Shown in pieces: positions 38,000 through 47,254 of a DNA stretch of 64,000 nucleotides; within the stretch, counting starts at the first letter, position 1, and every line of letters begins with the position of its first letter. Below the pieces are notes generated by a model. The model worked only from the letters and a program-made list of their open reading frames with translations, was not told the origin of the DNA and made no database searches. Position numbers and translations under genes: made by a program. Source of the stretch: an uncultured delta proteobacterium (lineage in GTDB: Bacteria > Desulfobacterota > Syntrophia > Syntrophales > Smithellaceae); contig CAVQAL010000003.1 in NCBI GenBank assembly GCA_963710575.1, positions 319,387 to 383,386 of the forward strand. Reading direction: 5' to 3'.

Positions 38000-38119
38000 G
38001 GCTGTTCAAAAATACTCAGATGCAAGGCGCGTAAAAAGCGAACCGCGAGGCGTATATGGCAATACGTTGAGCGGTACGGTTTGCAGCGCAACGCAGTAGA
38101 TGAGCGGTTTTCAACAGCC
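38000..38119. repeat. MITE-like element with terminal inverted repeats
   Basis: ggctgttcaaaaa...ttttcaacagcc; core aggcgta..tacgttgag shared with family B; overlaps the mnmG stop codon. Confidence 0.75.
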
Positions 38120-39991
38120 TTTCAGTTCGTGTTTTTTCATCATAATTAACACGGCCGATATGGCGCCTTCGGTCATACCGATAATGCGCTCCATCTGGCC
38201 CAGCGTTTGCGGCGCTATTTTGGTGAGTTTTGATTTCAATTCATTGGAGAGCCCGGGGACGGAGTTGTAATCAAAATCCAGCGGTATTTTCTTTTTTTCC
38301 TGATCTTTTAATTTTTTCACAGCATCGAACTGCCGCTTGATGTAGCCTTCATATTTCGTTTCTATTTCGATCTGCTGTTTGACAAAAGAATCACTTTGCG
38401 GCTCCCATCCGGGAAACACGGCCAGATTGTCATAAGAGATTTCATAACGTTTCAGCAGACCGTAAAGAGTGGAGTGATTATTCAAAGGCGGCGATGGGAT
38501 GTTTGCCAATGCTTCGTTTATTTCCGGCGTCGGATTGATTGATGCTGCTTTCAGCAGCGAAATGCCCTGCTCGATTTGATGTATTTTATCCTGTAAAGAT
38601 AAATAATGCTCTCTATCAATCAACCCCAGTTCCCAGCCTTTGCCCATCAAACGGATGACGGCATTATCTTCTCGCAGAATGAGGCGGTATTCGGCGCGCG
38701 ATGTGAACATGCGATAGGGTTCATCCACGCCGCGCGTGACCAGATCATCGATCATAACGGCCATGTAAGCCTCGGAGCGATCCAGAATAAACGCGGGTGC
38801 GCCCTGCACAGAGCGCGCGGCATTGATTCCCGCCCAGAGACCCTGCGCCGCCGCTTCCTCATAACCGGATGTGCCGTTTATCTGGCCGGCCAGATATAAG
38901 CCCTGAACCAATTTTGTCTCCAGAGTGGGTTTGAGCTGTGTCGGCTGAACAAAATCATATTCAATAGCGTAGGCCGGGCGCATGATCTGCGCCTGTTCCA
39001 ATCCCTTTACGCTACGCACAATCTTATATTGCAATTCCAGCGGCAGGCAGTTGCCCAAACCTTTGGCATAAACTTCCTGCGTGTCCAGTCCTTCATGCTC
39101 CAGCACCACAGGATGACTTTCGCGCTCGCTAAAGCGCATGACCTTATCTTCCAGCGAAGGACAGTAGCGGGCGCTCACTCCTTTGATGACGCCGGAATAA
39201 AGGGGCGAATATTGAATATTCTCCCGAATCACACGATGTGTTTCGGCTGATGTGGCGGAAAAATACGAAGGCAGACGCTCAGGCCGCAGTGCGGCGGTGG
39301 TAAAAGAAAAAGGCTTAGGATCGGGGTCGCTGTCCTGTCGCTCTAATCGGGAAAAATCAATAGAGGATGCGCACAGGCGGGGCGGTGTTCCTGTTTTCAT
39401 TCTGCCGATATCAAAACCAAGCCCTTTGAGATTATTGGCAAGCCCGATGGAAGCCAGTTCTCCGGCGCGTCCCGAAGGTGTTTGCGAAGCGCCGACATGC
39501 ACAAGACCATTTAGAAAAGTTCCGGTGGTAATAACAACTTTTTTCGCTCCGTAAAAATGTTCGCTTTGATCAAGTACGCCGATTACTGTGCCGTCTTCAA
39601 TTACAAGGCTTTCAATCATGGCCTGTCTAATATAAAGATTGGGTTGATTCTCGACCACTGCTTTCATTGTCAGGCGATAAAGTTGTTTATCACACTGCAT
39701 CCGGGAAGAATGAACTGCCGGGCCTTTGGAGGCGTTGAGCATGCGAAAATGCACGGCGGTTTTATCGGTAACCTTGCCTATCTCACCGCCAAGAGCATCA
39801 ATTTCCTTGACCAGTTGTCCTTTGGCTAAGCCCCCGATGGCCGGGTTGCAGGACATAAGCGCTATCGAATCCAAATTAATATTGAATAAAATTGTCCGGT
39901 AACCCATGCGCGCTGAAGCCAAGGCCGCTTCGCAGCCGGCATGCCCGCCGCCGATTACCGCAACATCATAGTTGTCAATTAAATTATCCAT
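38111..39991 (-). CDS. mnmG: tRNA uridine-5-carboxymethylaminomethyl modification enzyme
   Basis: [53 protein letters not shown]. Confidence 0.97.
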   Translation of the reverse strand: MDNLIDNYDVAVIGGGHAGCEAALASARMGYRTILFNINLDSIALMSCNPAIGGLAKGQLVKEIDALGGEIGKVTDKTAVHFRMLNASKGPAVHSSRMQCDKQLYRLTMKAVVENQPNLYIRQAMIESLVIEDGTVIGVLDQSEHFYGAKKVVITTGTFLNGLVHVGASQTPSGRAGELASIGLANNLKGLGFDIGRMKTGTPPRLCASSIDFSRLERQDSDPDPKPFSFTTAALRPERLPSYFSATSAETHRVIRENIQYSPLYSGVIKGVSARYCPSLEDKVMRFSERESHPVVLEHEGLDTQEVYAKGLGNCLPLELQYKIVRSVKGLEQAQIMRPAYAIEYDFVQPTQLKPTLETKLVQGLYLAGQINGTSGYEEAAAQGLWAGINAARSVQGAPAFILDRSEAYMAVMIDDLVTRGVDEPYRMFTSRAEYRLILREDNAVIRLMGKGWELGLIDREHYLSLQDKIHQIEQGISLLKAASINPTPEINEALANIPSPPLNNHSTLYGLLKRYEISYDNLAVFPGWEPQSDSFVKQQIEIETKYEGYIKRQFDAVKKLKDQEKKKIPLDFDYNSVPGLSNELKSKLTKIAPQTLGQMERIIGMTEGAISAVLIMMKKHELKGC

Positions 39992-40053
39992 TTCTTAAAT
40001 CAAACACTTGCTCTTGTATGAAATCAATAGTAAAAAACAATTCGTCACTATAT

Positions 40054-40154
40054 GTCATACCGTTGAATACCCTAAAGGGCACAAGTAACGGTATCCAGTA
40101 AAACAAACTATTATTTCCTGGATTCCGTGTCGCGCTACGCTTGCACGGAATGAC
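40054..40154. repeat. GTCAT...ATGAC palindromic REP/RPE-like element, copy 2
   Basis: gtcatacc..gtatccag..ctggattccgtgtcgcgctacgcttgcacggaatgac. Confidence 0.75.
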
Positions 40155-40215
40155 AAAAGGTATTGTGGTTTTTTACGGCATAGACTGTAAAAACACAACA
40201 AAAAAAGAGGCACCC

Positions 40216-41157
40216 TTGACTAAACCGGATTTTTGGAAAAACGAAAAGCGATATAATGATCTGAAAAGCTACTGGCGAAATCTGTTCGGCTGTAATGTTC
40301 ACAAACTACAGATTGACGCAGGCTTTACCTGCCCAAGCCGTGACGGGCAGGTGGCCACCGGCGGCTGTATTTACTGCAATGGCAGAGGTTCAAAATTGCG
40401 CCAGAAAGGTGAACTACCATCTGTTACCGAGCAGATTGCTTTCGGTAAAAAATATTACAAGCCGCAAGCTTCAAAATTTATCGCTTATTTCCAAACATTT
40501 ACGAATACTTACGCGCCAGTAGAAACATTACAGACGCTCTATGACGAAGCATTAGCGCAGGAAGATATCATCGGTCTTTCCATCGGCACAAGACCGGATT
40601 GCCTCGGACCCGATGTTATCGAGTTATTAAGCGGATACGCTAAAAAACATCATGTCTGGGTGGAGTTGGGACTGCAATCTGTTCACGACAGGACTTTACA
40701 GTTCATCAACCGGGGACATAATTTTCAGCAATTCCTGGACGCGGTGAATGCTTTGGCCGGATACGGCATGAACATTTGTGTTCATATTATTATTGGTTTA
40801 CCGGGAGAAAGCAACGATGATGTATTAACTACAGCAAGAACTCTTGCAAATTTACCTGTAAACGGCATCAAAATTCATTCTCTTCTGGCTCTGGAGGGAA
40901 CCGCTCTTGGAGAAATGTATAAAAAAGGGAACGTAAACATGATAACTAAGGAAAAATATGTTTCTTTAGTGGCTGACGTTCTGGAGATATTGCCACCCGA
41001 AATGGTTATTCAACGCTTGACTGCCGACGGCTACCGCGATATTTTCCTTGCACCGGACTGGGCAATGAATAAATTAGATGTGCTGAACTCCATTACCAAG
41101 GACTTAAAAAGGCGAGGCTCGTATCAGGGAAAGCATTATATCGAGGATAAAAAATAG
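40216..41157 (+). CDS. TIGR01212/YhcC-family radical SAM protein
   Basis: DAGFTCPSRDG..GGCIYCN, YFQTFTNTY, IGTRPDC, VELGLQS; start estimated (TTG after AAGAGG). Confidence 0.9.
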   Translation: MTKPDFWKNEKRYNDLKSYWRNLFGCNVHKLQIDAGFTCPSRDGQVATGGCIYCNGRGSKLRQKGELPSVTEQIAFGKKYYKPQASKFIAYFQTFTNTYAPVETLQTLYDEALAQEDIIGLSIGTRPDCLGPDVIELLSGYAKKHHVWVELGLQSVHDRTLQFINRGHNFQQFLDAVNALAGYGMNICVHIIIGLPGESNDDVLTTARTLANLPVNGIKIHSLLALEGTALGEMYKKGNVNMITKEKYVSLVADVLEILPPEMVIQRLTADGYRDIFLAPDWAMNKLDVLNSITKDLKRRGSYQGKHYIEDKK

Positions 41158-41220
41158 CTGTAAATTGAGCACAAAAATTGCTAAGTGCATATTTATTAAA
41201 GTTTTGCGATGAGAGAATAG

Positions 41221-41853
41221 ATGATCGCTATTATTAACTATAACGCCGGAAATATTACGAGTGTGGCACGGGCTCTGCAAAACATCGGGCAGGATTTTGT
41301 CGTAACTGACAATATAAAGAATCTCTATGCGGCGTCGCGTGTGATTTTTCCTGGAGTGGGCGCGGCAGGCGAAGCGATGGCTTACCTGCGCCAAAAAAAG
41401 CTGGATATCTGGCTGAAAAATTGGTTATCAACCGGAAAGCCGCTAATGGGAATCTGTCTGGGCACACAGATTGTTCTGGACTACTCCGAGGAAAATGGCA
41501 CTGACTGTATCGGCCTTGTCGCCGGTTCAACAAAACGCTTCCCCGATAAATTAACTTCAAACGGCGCGGCATTGAAGATTCCGCACATGGGCTGGAACAG
41601 AGTTACTTTTCGCCGCCGTCATCCTGTATTTCAGGATATTTCGCCGGATGCCGAATTTTATTTTGTGCATTCCTATTATCCGGCGCCATCTGATGAATCA
41701 GCGGTGTTAGGTATAACTGATTATGGTATAAACTTTTGCTCAGTTCTGGCTGTAAATAATCTGGTGGCCATGCAGTTTCACCCGGAAAAAAGCGGGCGTC
41801 CCGGCTTGCAGATTTTGAAGAATTTCTGCGCATGGAGGGGCAATGCTCAGTAA
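41221..41853 (+). CDS. hisH: Imidazole glycerol phosphate synthase, glutaminase subunit
   Basis: [37 protein letters not shown]. Confidence 0.92.
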   Translation: MIAIINYNAGNITSVARALQNIGQDFVVTDNIKNLYAASRVIFPGVGAAGEAMAYLRQKKLDIWLKNWLSTGKPLMGICLGTQIVLDYSEENGTDCIGLVAGSTKRFPDKLTSNGAALKIPHMGWNRVTFRRRHPVFQDISPDAEFYFVHSYYPAPSDESAVLGITDYGINFCSVLAVNNLVAMQFHPEKSGRPGLQILKNFCAWRGNAQ

Positions 41854-42622
41854 AAGAATTATTCCATGCCTGGATGTGCGCGATGGCAAGCTTACCAAAG
41901 GCATTAAATTCAAAAGCAACGTGGATATCGGCGATCCGGTGGAAGCGGCTCGGGAATACTATGAGCAGGGCGCGGACGAAATTGTTTTTTATGATATTAC
42001 AGCATCATCCGACAAACGCGACATCATGATTGACGTGGTACGACGTGTGGCGGAGACGATTTTTATTCCGTTTTCCGTAGGCGGCGGCATCCGAAATCTG
42101 GAAGATATGCGCCGCGTAATTCTGGCTGGTGCGGAAAAAGTAAGCGTAAATTCGGCTGCTGTTGATGAGCCGGAAATAATCTCTCAGGGGGCTAAGGCGT
42201 TCGGCAGTCAATGTGTTGTACTGGGCATGGATGTAAAAAAGGTGGAAGTATCCGGCAAAATTCCTTCAGGTTACGAAATAGTAATCCACGGCGGCAGAAA
42301 AGTTACCGGTATCGATGCTCTCTGGTGGGCAAAAGAAGCTGAAAAGCTGGGCGCCGGTGAAATTTGCCTGAATTCCATTGATGCTGACGGCACACAGACA
42401 GGCTATGAGTTGAATTTAACGGCGTTGATTTCCGAAAATGTGCGTATTCCAGTTATCGCTTCGGGAGGGGCGGGAAAACCTGAGCATCTGGCGGAAGTGT
42501 TGACCACCGGAAAAGCCGATGCGGCTTTGATTGCTTCGATGGTGCATTACCGCACTTATACGATCACTGAAATCAAGAAATATCTGTCTGCGCAAGGCAT
42601 TAAAACCCGAGTGCTGTGGTAA
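41843..42622 (+). CDS. hisF: Imidazole glycerol phosphate synthase, cyclase subunit
   Basis: [40 protein letters not shown]. Confidence 0.95.
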   Translation: MLSKRIIPCLDVRDGKLTKGIKFKSNVDIGDPVEAAREYYEQGADEIVFYDITASSDKRDIMIDVVRRVAETIFIPFSVGGGIRNLEDMRRVILAGAEKVSVNSAAVDEPEIISQGAKAFGSQCVVLGMDVKKVEVSGKIPSGYEIVIHGGRKVTGIDALWWAKEAEKLGAGEICLNSIDADGTQTGYELNLTALISENVRIPVIASGGAGKPEHLAEVLTTGKADAALIASMVHYRTYTITEIKKYLSAQGIKTRVLW

Positions 42623-42699
42623 TTTGATCATTTTTTTTCACTAGGCAATACACTTGTGAAGTATTATAATAAAGGTATTAATTCAGGAGGCGAATTAAC

Positions 42700-43581
42700 G
42701 TGGATGCAAAAAGGTATGAACTGAATGTCCAGCTGGCGCAAATGCTCAAAGGCGGCGTCATTATGGATGTAACTAATGTTGAGCAGGCAAAAATCGCGGA
42801 AGAAGCAGGGGCTGTGGCGGTCATGGCTCTGGAACGCGTGCCTGCTGATATTCGCAAAGACGGCGGAGTAGCCAGAATGTCCGATCCGGCAATGATTGCC
42901 GCAATTAAAAAATCTGTAACAATTCCGGTTATGGCCAAGGCGCGCATCGGTCATTTTGTGGAAGCGCAAATTCTGGAAGCTTTACGTATTGACTATATCG
43001 ATGAAAGCGAAGTTTTAACTCCAGCGGATGAAGAATGCCATATTGATAAGACGAAATTTTCGATTCCTTTTGTTTGCGGCGCGCGCAATTTAGGCGAGGC
43101 GCTGCGCAGGATTGCCGAAGGCGCGGCAATGATACGCACAAAAGGGGAAGCGGGAACGGGTAATGTTGTCGAAGCTGTCCGCCATATGAGAACGATGAAC
43201 CGTGAAATTCGTCAACTGACGCAGATGCCGGTGGAAGAAGTCACCGGTTTTGCCAAAACAAACGGCATGCCCTACGAACTGGCCTTAAAAGTTAAAGAGT
43301 TGGGGCGCCTGCCGGTGGTTAATTTTGCGGCGGGAGGAATTGCCACGCCGGCAGATGCCGCGTTGATGATGCAGTTGGGATGCGACGGCGTTTTTGTCGG
43401 CTCCGGTATTTTCAAATCTGCCGATCCGGCTCCGCGGGCACGAGCCATAGTCAAGGCAACAGCCTATTTCAATGATCCGAAAAAAGTATTGGAAGCGTCC
43501 ATGAGTTTGGGAGAAGCCATGCCCGGCCTGGAAATTTCGCAAATCCCGCCCGAACAAATTTTAGCAGGACGAGGCTGGTAA
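42700..43581 (+). CDS. pdxS: Pyridoxal 5'-phosphate synthase, lyase subunit
   Basis: [45 protein letters not shown]. Confidence 0.97.
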   Translation: MDAKRYELNVQLAQMLKGGVIMDVTNVEQAKIAEEAGAVAVMALERVPADIRKDGGVARMSDPAMIAAIKKSVTIPVMAKARIGHFVEAQILEALRIDYIDESEVLTPADEECHIDKTKFSIPFVCGARNLGEALRRIAEGAAMIRTKGEAGTGNVVEAVRHMRTMNREIRQLTQMPVEEVTGFAKTNGMPYELALKVKELGRLPVVNFAAGGIATPADAALMMQLGCDGVFVGSGIFKSADPAPRARAIVKATAYFNDPKKVLEASMSLGEAMPGLEISQIPPEQILAGRGW

Positions 43582-43589
43582 GTTTTTTT

Positions 43590-44264
43590 ATGACACTGCA
43601 TTTAGTAAACGATAAACCTTCTGTCATTGGAATTCTGGATTTGCAAGGCGGAGTGCATGAGCATCTGGATCACCTGGAACGCCTGGGAATTTCTGCGAGA
43701 AGAGTAAAGCAACCCTCTGATTTTGCCGGTCTGGCCGGTTTAATTATTCCCGGCGGTGAAAGTTCCTGTATATCCAGGCTGCTTAATATTTTTGAAATCA
43801 AGGAAGTATTACTCAAGGCTCATAGCCGGGGTATGAAAATTTGGGGCACATGCGCGGGAGCAATTTTGCTGGCCAGAACCGTGGTCGGTGAAAGGTCTTG
43901 CCTGGGCTTGATTGATATGAAAATCGAGCGCAACAGCTTTGGCAGCCAACTCGATAGTTTTACCAGTGAAGCGTTGATTCCCGCTGTCTCTGCCAAACCA
44001 ATACCCTTGACGTTTATTCGCGCGCCAAAAATTACCGGTGTGGGCAAAGAAATTAATGTTCTTTTAAAAATTGATGATTATATAGCTGCAGCGGAAAGCG
44101 AAAATATTTTAGTGACGGTTTTTCATCCGGAATTAACCGGGTGCCTGGCCCTGCATCAATATTTCGTCATTAAATGTGGGTTGAAACTTGCGGCTAATGA
44201 GCATTGTTATATTGATCCGCTTTGGAAAAGTTCGAGTTGGACAAAACAAGCCGGCATTGCCTAA
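43590..44264 (+). CDS. pdxT: Pyridoxal 5'-phosphate synthase, glutaminase subunit
   Basis: LQGG, PGGES, WGTCAG, RNSFGSQ, FIRAP, FHPEL. Confidence 0.93.
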   Translation: MTLHLVNDKPSVIGILDLQGGVHEHLDHLERLGISARRVKQPSDFAGLAGLIIPGGESSCISRLLNIFEIKEVLLKAHSRGMKIWGTCAGAILLARTVVGERSCLGLIDMKIERNSFGSQLDSFTSEALIPAVSAKPIPLTFIRAPKITGVGKEINVLLKIDDYIAAAESENILVTVFHPELTGCLALHQYFVIKCGLKLAANEHCYIDPLWKSSSWTKQAGIA

Positions 44265-45044
44265 ATGGATTTAATCAAACATATTGAAGAAAATTTTTTT
44301 GCCGTCTGCCGTTACTGGGGAAGCTTAAATTCCTCGCTGATTAAAGCCGGATCAATCGGGGCAATGAACACAGGCGTAGCTATTTCCGATATCAACTGGG
44401 TCTGGAATGAAAAGCCTTTAACTAATGATGATGCCAAAACCATCGCAGACATAAAAAAAATTTACCAAAAATTAAATCTGCATTTCTGGTGGTGGATATA
44501 TCCCTGCGGGCAATCGCCGGCAACCGGAAAAATGCTACAAGATGCGGGATTGCGTTTGGTTGAAAAAGTGCCTTGTATGGCCGCAGATTTGAACGATTCG
44601 GTATCAGATAAAATCCCTGACCATGTAACAATCTCTTCGGTTAAAGACAAAAATGATTTGCTTCTCTGGGGAGATATCTCTTTCCATGGCTTTGAAATGC
44701 CCCAGCGCGCCAGGAAGCAGTATGGCGCTTTTGTTTCTTCATTTGATCTTGGTGCGCAATCTCCACAAAAACTTTTTCTTGCTTTCTGCAATGGAAAAGC
44801 CGTAGCTACCTCGCTCCTCTTCACACACAAAAAATCAGCGGGAATCTACTATGTTTCTACTCTTCCCACTTACAGGAAGAGAGGATTCGGCCTGATAATC
44901 ACGCGAGCCGCTATGCGGGCGGCAAAAGAAGCTGGTTTTAAAGATGTAATTTTGCAGACAACGCCATTGGGGGCTAAGGTTTACATAAGGGCTGGTTTTA
45001 AAGAATGCTGCCGTGCTGATGTTTACAAGCTATCCATTTCGTAA
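44265..45044 (+). CDS. GNAT-family acetyltransferase
   Basis: YVSTLPTYRKRGFG acetyl-CoA motif. Confidence 0.85.
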   Translation: MDLIKHIEENFFAVCRYWGSLNSSLIKAGSIGAMNTGVAISDINWVWNEKPLTNDDAKTIADIKKIYQKLNLHFWWWIYPCGQSPATGKMLQDAGLRLVEKVPCMAADLNDSVSDKIPDHVTISSVKDKNDLLLWGDISFHGFEMPQRARKQYGAFVSSFDLGAQSPQKLFLAFCNGKAVATSLLFTHKKSAGIYYVSTLPTYRKRGFGLIITRAAMRAAKEAGFKDVILQTTPLGAKVYIRAGFKECCRADVYKLSIS

Positions 45045-45210
45045 TGTTAATATATGATCTTTAAAAATTCAATTTGCCACCTTTGAAGCTCTCTACGGTA
45101 AGCGGCGGAGCACTTTCGATTCTTAAGGAACAAAACCTTTCTGCATTCGCGCGCATTCCCCGTCGGTTGCTGCGGGGAATGCGGCCACATCCGAATTCAA
45201 TAATATATTA

Positions 45211-45238
45211 TTGACAAAAATAAGGCTATCGTTATATT
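45211..45238 (+). promoter_or_regulatory. Putative sigma70 promoter of the protease gene
   Basis: TTGACA-N16-TATATT. Confidence 0.5.
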
Positions 45239-45319
45239 ATTTAAAATTATTAAGTAAATTAATTTTAGAAAACATGGCAAAGTAGCCATATTTTTTTAAA
45301 CAACAAGACGGAGGATAAT

Positions 45320-46792
45320 ATGGAGAGTAAAAACCGTAAAACATTTTTCATGTTCTTAACCGCGTTTTTGGTTGCTTTTTTTATTGTTTCTTTTGTAGAG
45401 GTTCTGCGATCTTCTTTTTTTCCTGCGGGAGCGCCTGAAATTCAAACAGCATCAGCAGTGTCTCCCTCTGAAACAGGAACTCCTGCTTCTTTTGCCGATC
45501 TGGCTGAGCGTGTTAAGCCTGCAGTTGTAAACATCAGCACAACAAAAACATTTAAAGGACGAAATGGTTTGGGTACACCCTTTGGCCGGTCGCCTTTTAG
45601 CGGACGTTTTGGAGATGATTTTTTTGAACACTTTTTTGGCGATATACCTCAACGTGAATTTAAACAAAGAAGTCTTGGTTCCGGTTTTATCATCACCAAC
45701 GACGGATACATCTTCACCAATAATCACGTGGTAGAACAGACAGATAAAATTCTGGTTAAAGTCTCAGACGGCAAGGAATATGAAGCGAAAATTATTGGCA
45801 CCGATGCTAAAACTGATATTGCTTTAATCAAGATTAAATCTGATCATAGCTTGCCTTTTGTGGAGATTGGCGATTCTGATGCAGTAAGGGTTGGTGAGTG
45901 GGTCATTGCGATTGGCAATCCTTTTGGCTTGGAGCAAACCGTTACCGCCGGCATCGTCAGCGCAAAGGGACGTGTCATTGGAGCAGGCGCTTACGATAAT
46001 TTTATTCAGACCGATGCATCCATTAATCCGGGCAACAGCGGCGGACCATTATTTAACATGGGCGGAAAAGTTATCGGCATCAACACGGCAATTGTTGCCC
46101 AGGGGCAGGGCATCGGTTTTGCCATACCGATGAACATGGCGAAAAGCATTTTGGCGGACCTGAAAACCAAAGGCAAAGTAACTCGAGGATGGTTAGGTAT
46201 TTCAGTACAGGACATTTCGGAAGATATAGCAAAAAATTTGAATCATAAAAATAAGAATGGTGCTTTAGTATCCGATGTTTTTAAAGATGATCCGGCAGAC
46301 AAAGCCGGAATTAAAGTTGGTGATATAATTACGGAAATTAACGGAAAGTCTATAAAAGACACCCATGAATTACTACTGACAATTGCCTCCTTGCATGTTG
46401 GCGAAAAAGTATTAATTAAAGGATTGCGCGACGGCAAGGCAATATCGTTCCAGGTTGCTGTGGCTGAACGGAAAGACAAACCTGAAATAGCGTTAGCAAA
46501 CAAAGCAACTGGATATTTTGGCATTACTGTTCAGGAAATAACTAAAGAAATAGCACAACAACTGGGAATTGCTCGTGATGCTGGTGTAATAGTCACTGAT
46601 GTGGAAGAGGGCAGTCCGGCGGATGATGTCGGTATTCAAGCACAGGATATAATTGTTCAAGTAAACAAAATAAAAGTGTCCTCCATGAAACAATACAATA
46701 CGGAAATGACTAAAGCCGCCGAAAAGAAAAGTGTGATGTTCCTAATTAAGCGCGGCAAATCGACTTTTTATGTTGCATTGCACATAGAATAG
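45320..46792 (+). CDS. degP: HtrA/DegP-family serine protease with two PDZ domains
   Basis: GSGF, TNNHV, TDIAL, INPGNSGG catalytic triad. Confidence 0.92.
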   Translation: MESKNRKTFFMFLTAFLVAFFIVSFVEVLRSSFFPAGAPEIQTASAVSPSETGTPASFADLAERVKPAVVNISTTKTFKGRNGLGTPFGRSPFSGRFGDDFFEHFFGDIPQREFKQRSLGSGFIITNDGYIFTNNHVVEQTDKILVKVSDGKEYEAKIIGTDAKTDIALIKIKSDHSLPFVEIGDSDAVRVGEWVIAIGNPFGLEQTVTAGIVSAKGRVIGAGAYDNFIQTDASINPGNSGGPLFNMGGKVIGINTAIVAQGQGIGFAIPMNMAKSILADLKTKGKVTRGWLGISVQDISEDIAKNLNHKNKNGALVSDVFKDDPADKAGIKVGDIITEINGKSIKDTHELLLTIASLHVGEKVLIKGLRDGKAISFQVAVAERKDKPEIALANKATGYFGITVQEITKEIAQQLGIARDAGVIVTDVEEGSPADDVGIQAQDIIVQVNKIKVSSMKQYNTEMTKAAEKKSVMFLIKRGKSTFYVALHIE

Positions 46793-46815
46793 AAATATTA
46801 ATTTCTTTGTAGTAT

Positions 46816-46848
46816 AAAAAAGGCAGGCTGTTGTAGCCTGCCTTTTTT
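46816..46848. terminator. Bidirectional intrinsic terminator
   Basis: A6-ggcaggct-loop-agcctgcc-T6. Confidence 0.85.
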
Positions 46849-46869
46849 ATTAGTGAAATTCAAATTAAT

Positions 46870-47070
46870 GAACCTCCGATATTACAAGAGAAGCGCAACA
46901 ATATCTGCAAGTTGTAATGAGAATCACTGACTATAGGAGGTGTTAGTCGTAGTGAGACTCTTTGAAAACGAGCATAGCGAATAACCTAAAGGTCACTATA
47001 GATTTGAAGAGTAAGCCGAACTATCCAATAGCCAAAGGCTATTGGACACTATCCCGCATAAGCGGAATTG
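46870..47070 (-). repeat. Dispersed repeat family A, inverted composite copy
   Basis: Reverse complement contains gcgggatag..ccaatagcc..ttggatagttcggct..gagtctca..tctcattacaact. Confidence 0.7.
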
Positions 47071-47254
47071 AATACTCCGCCGCTTGCTGCGAAACGTTTT
47101 CAAAACTTATTTTGAAATTCATGCCATTGATTTTATTAAATTTTATACCTTGACTAAAAATGTTTCACGTGAAACATTACCGTTACATTGAATGGTGTTT
47201 TATTAGTATGGACAATGTGTTTTGGCTTTTAATCTTACCAGAATAATTAATTGC

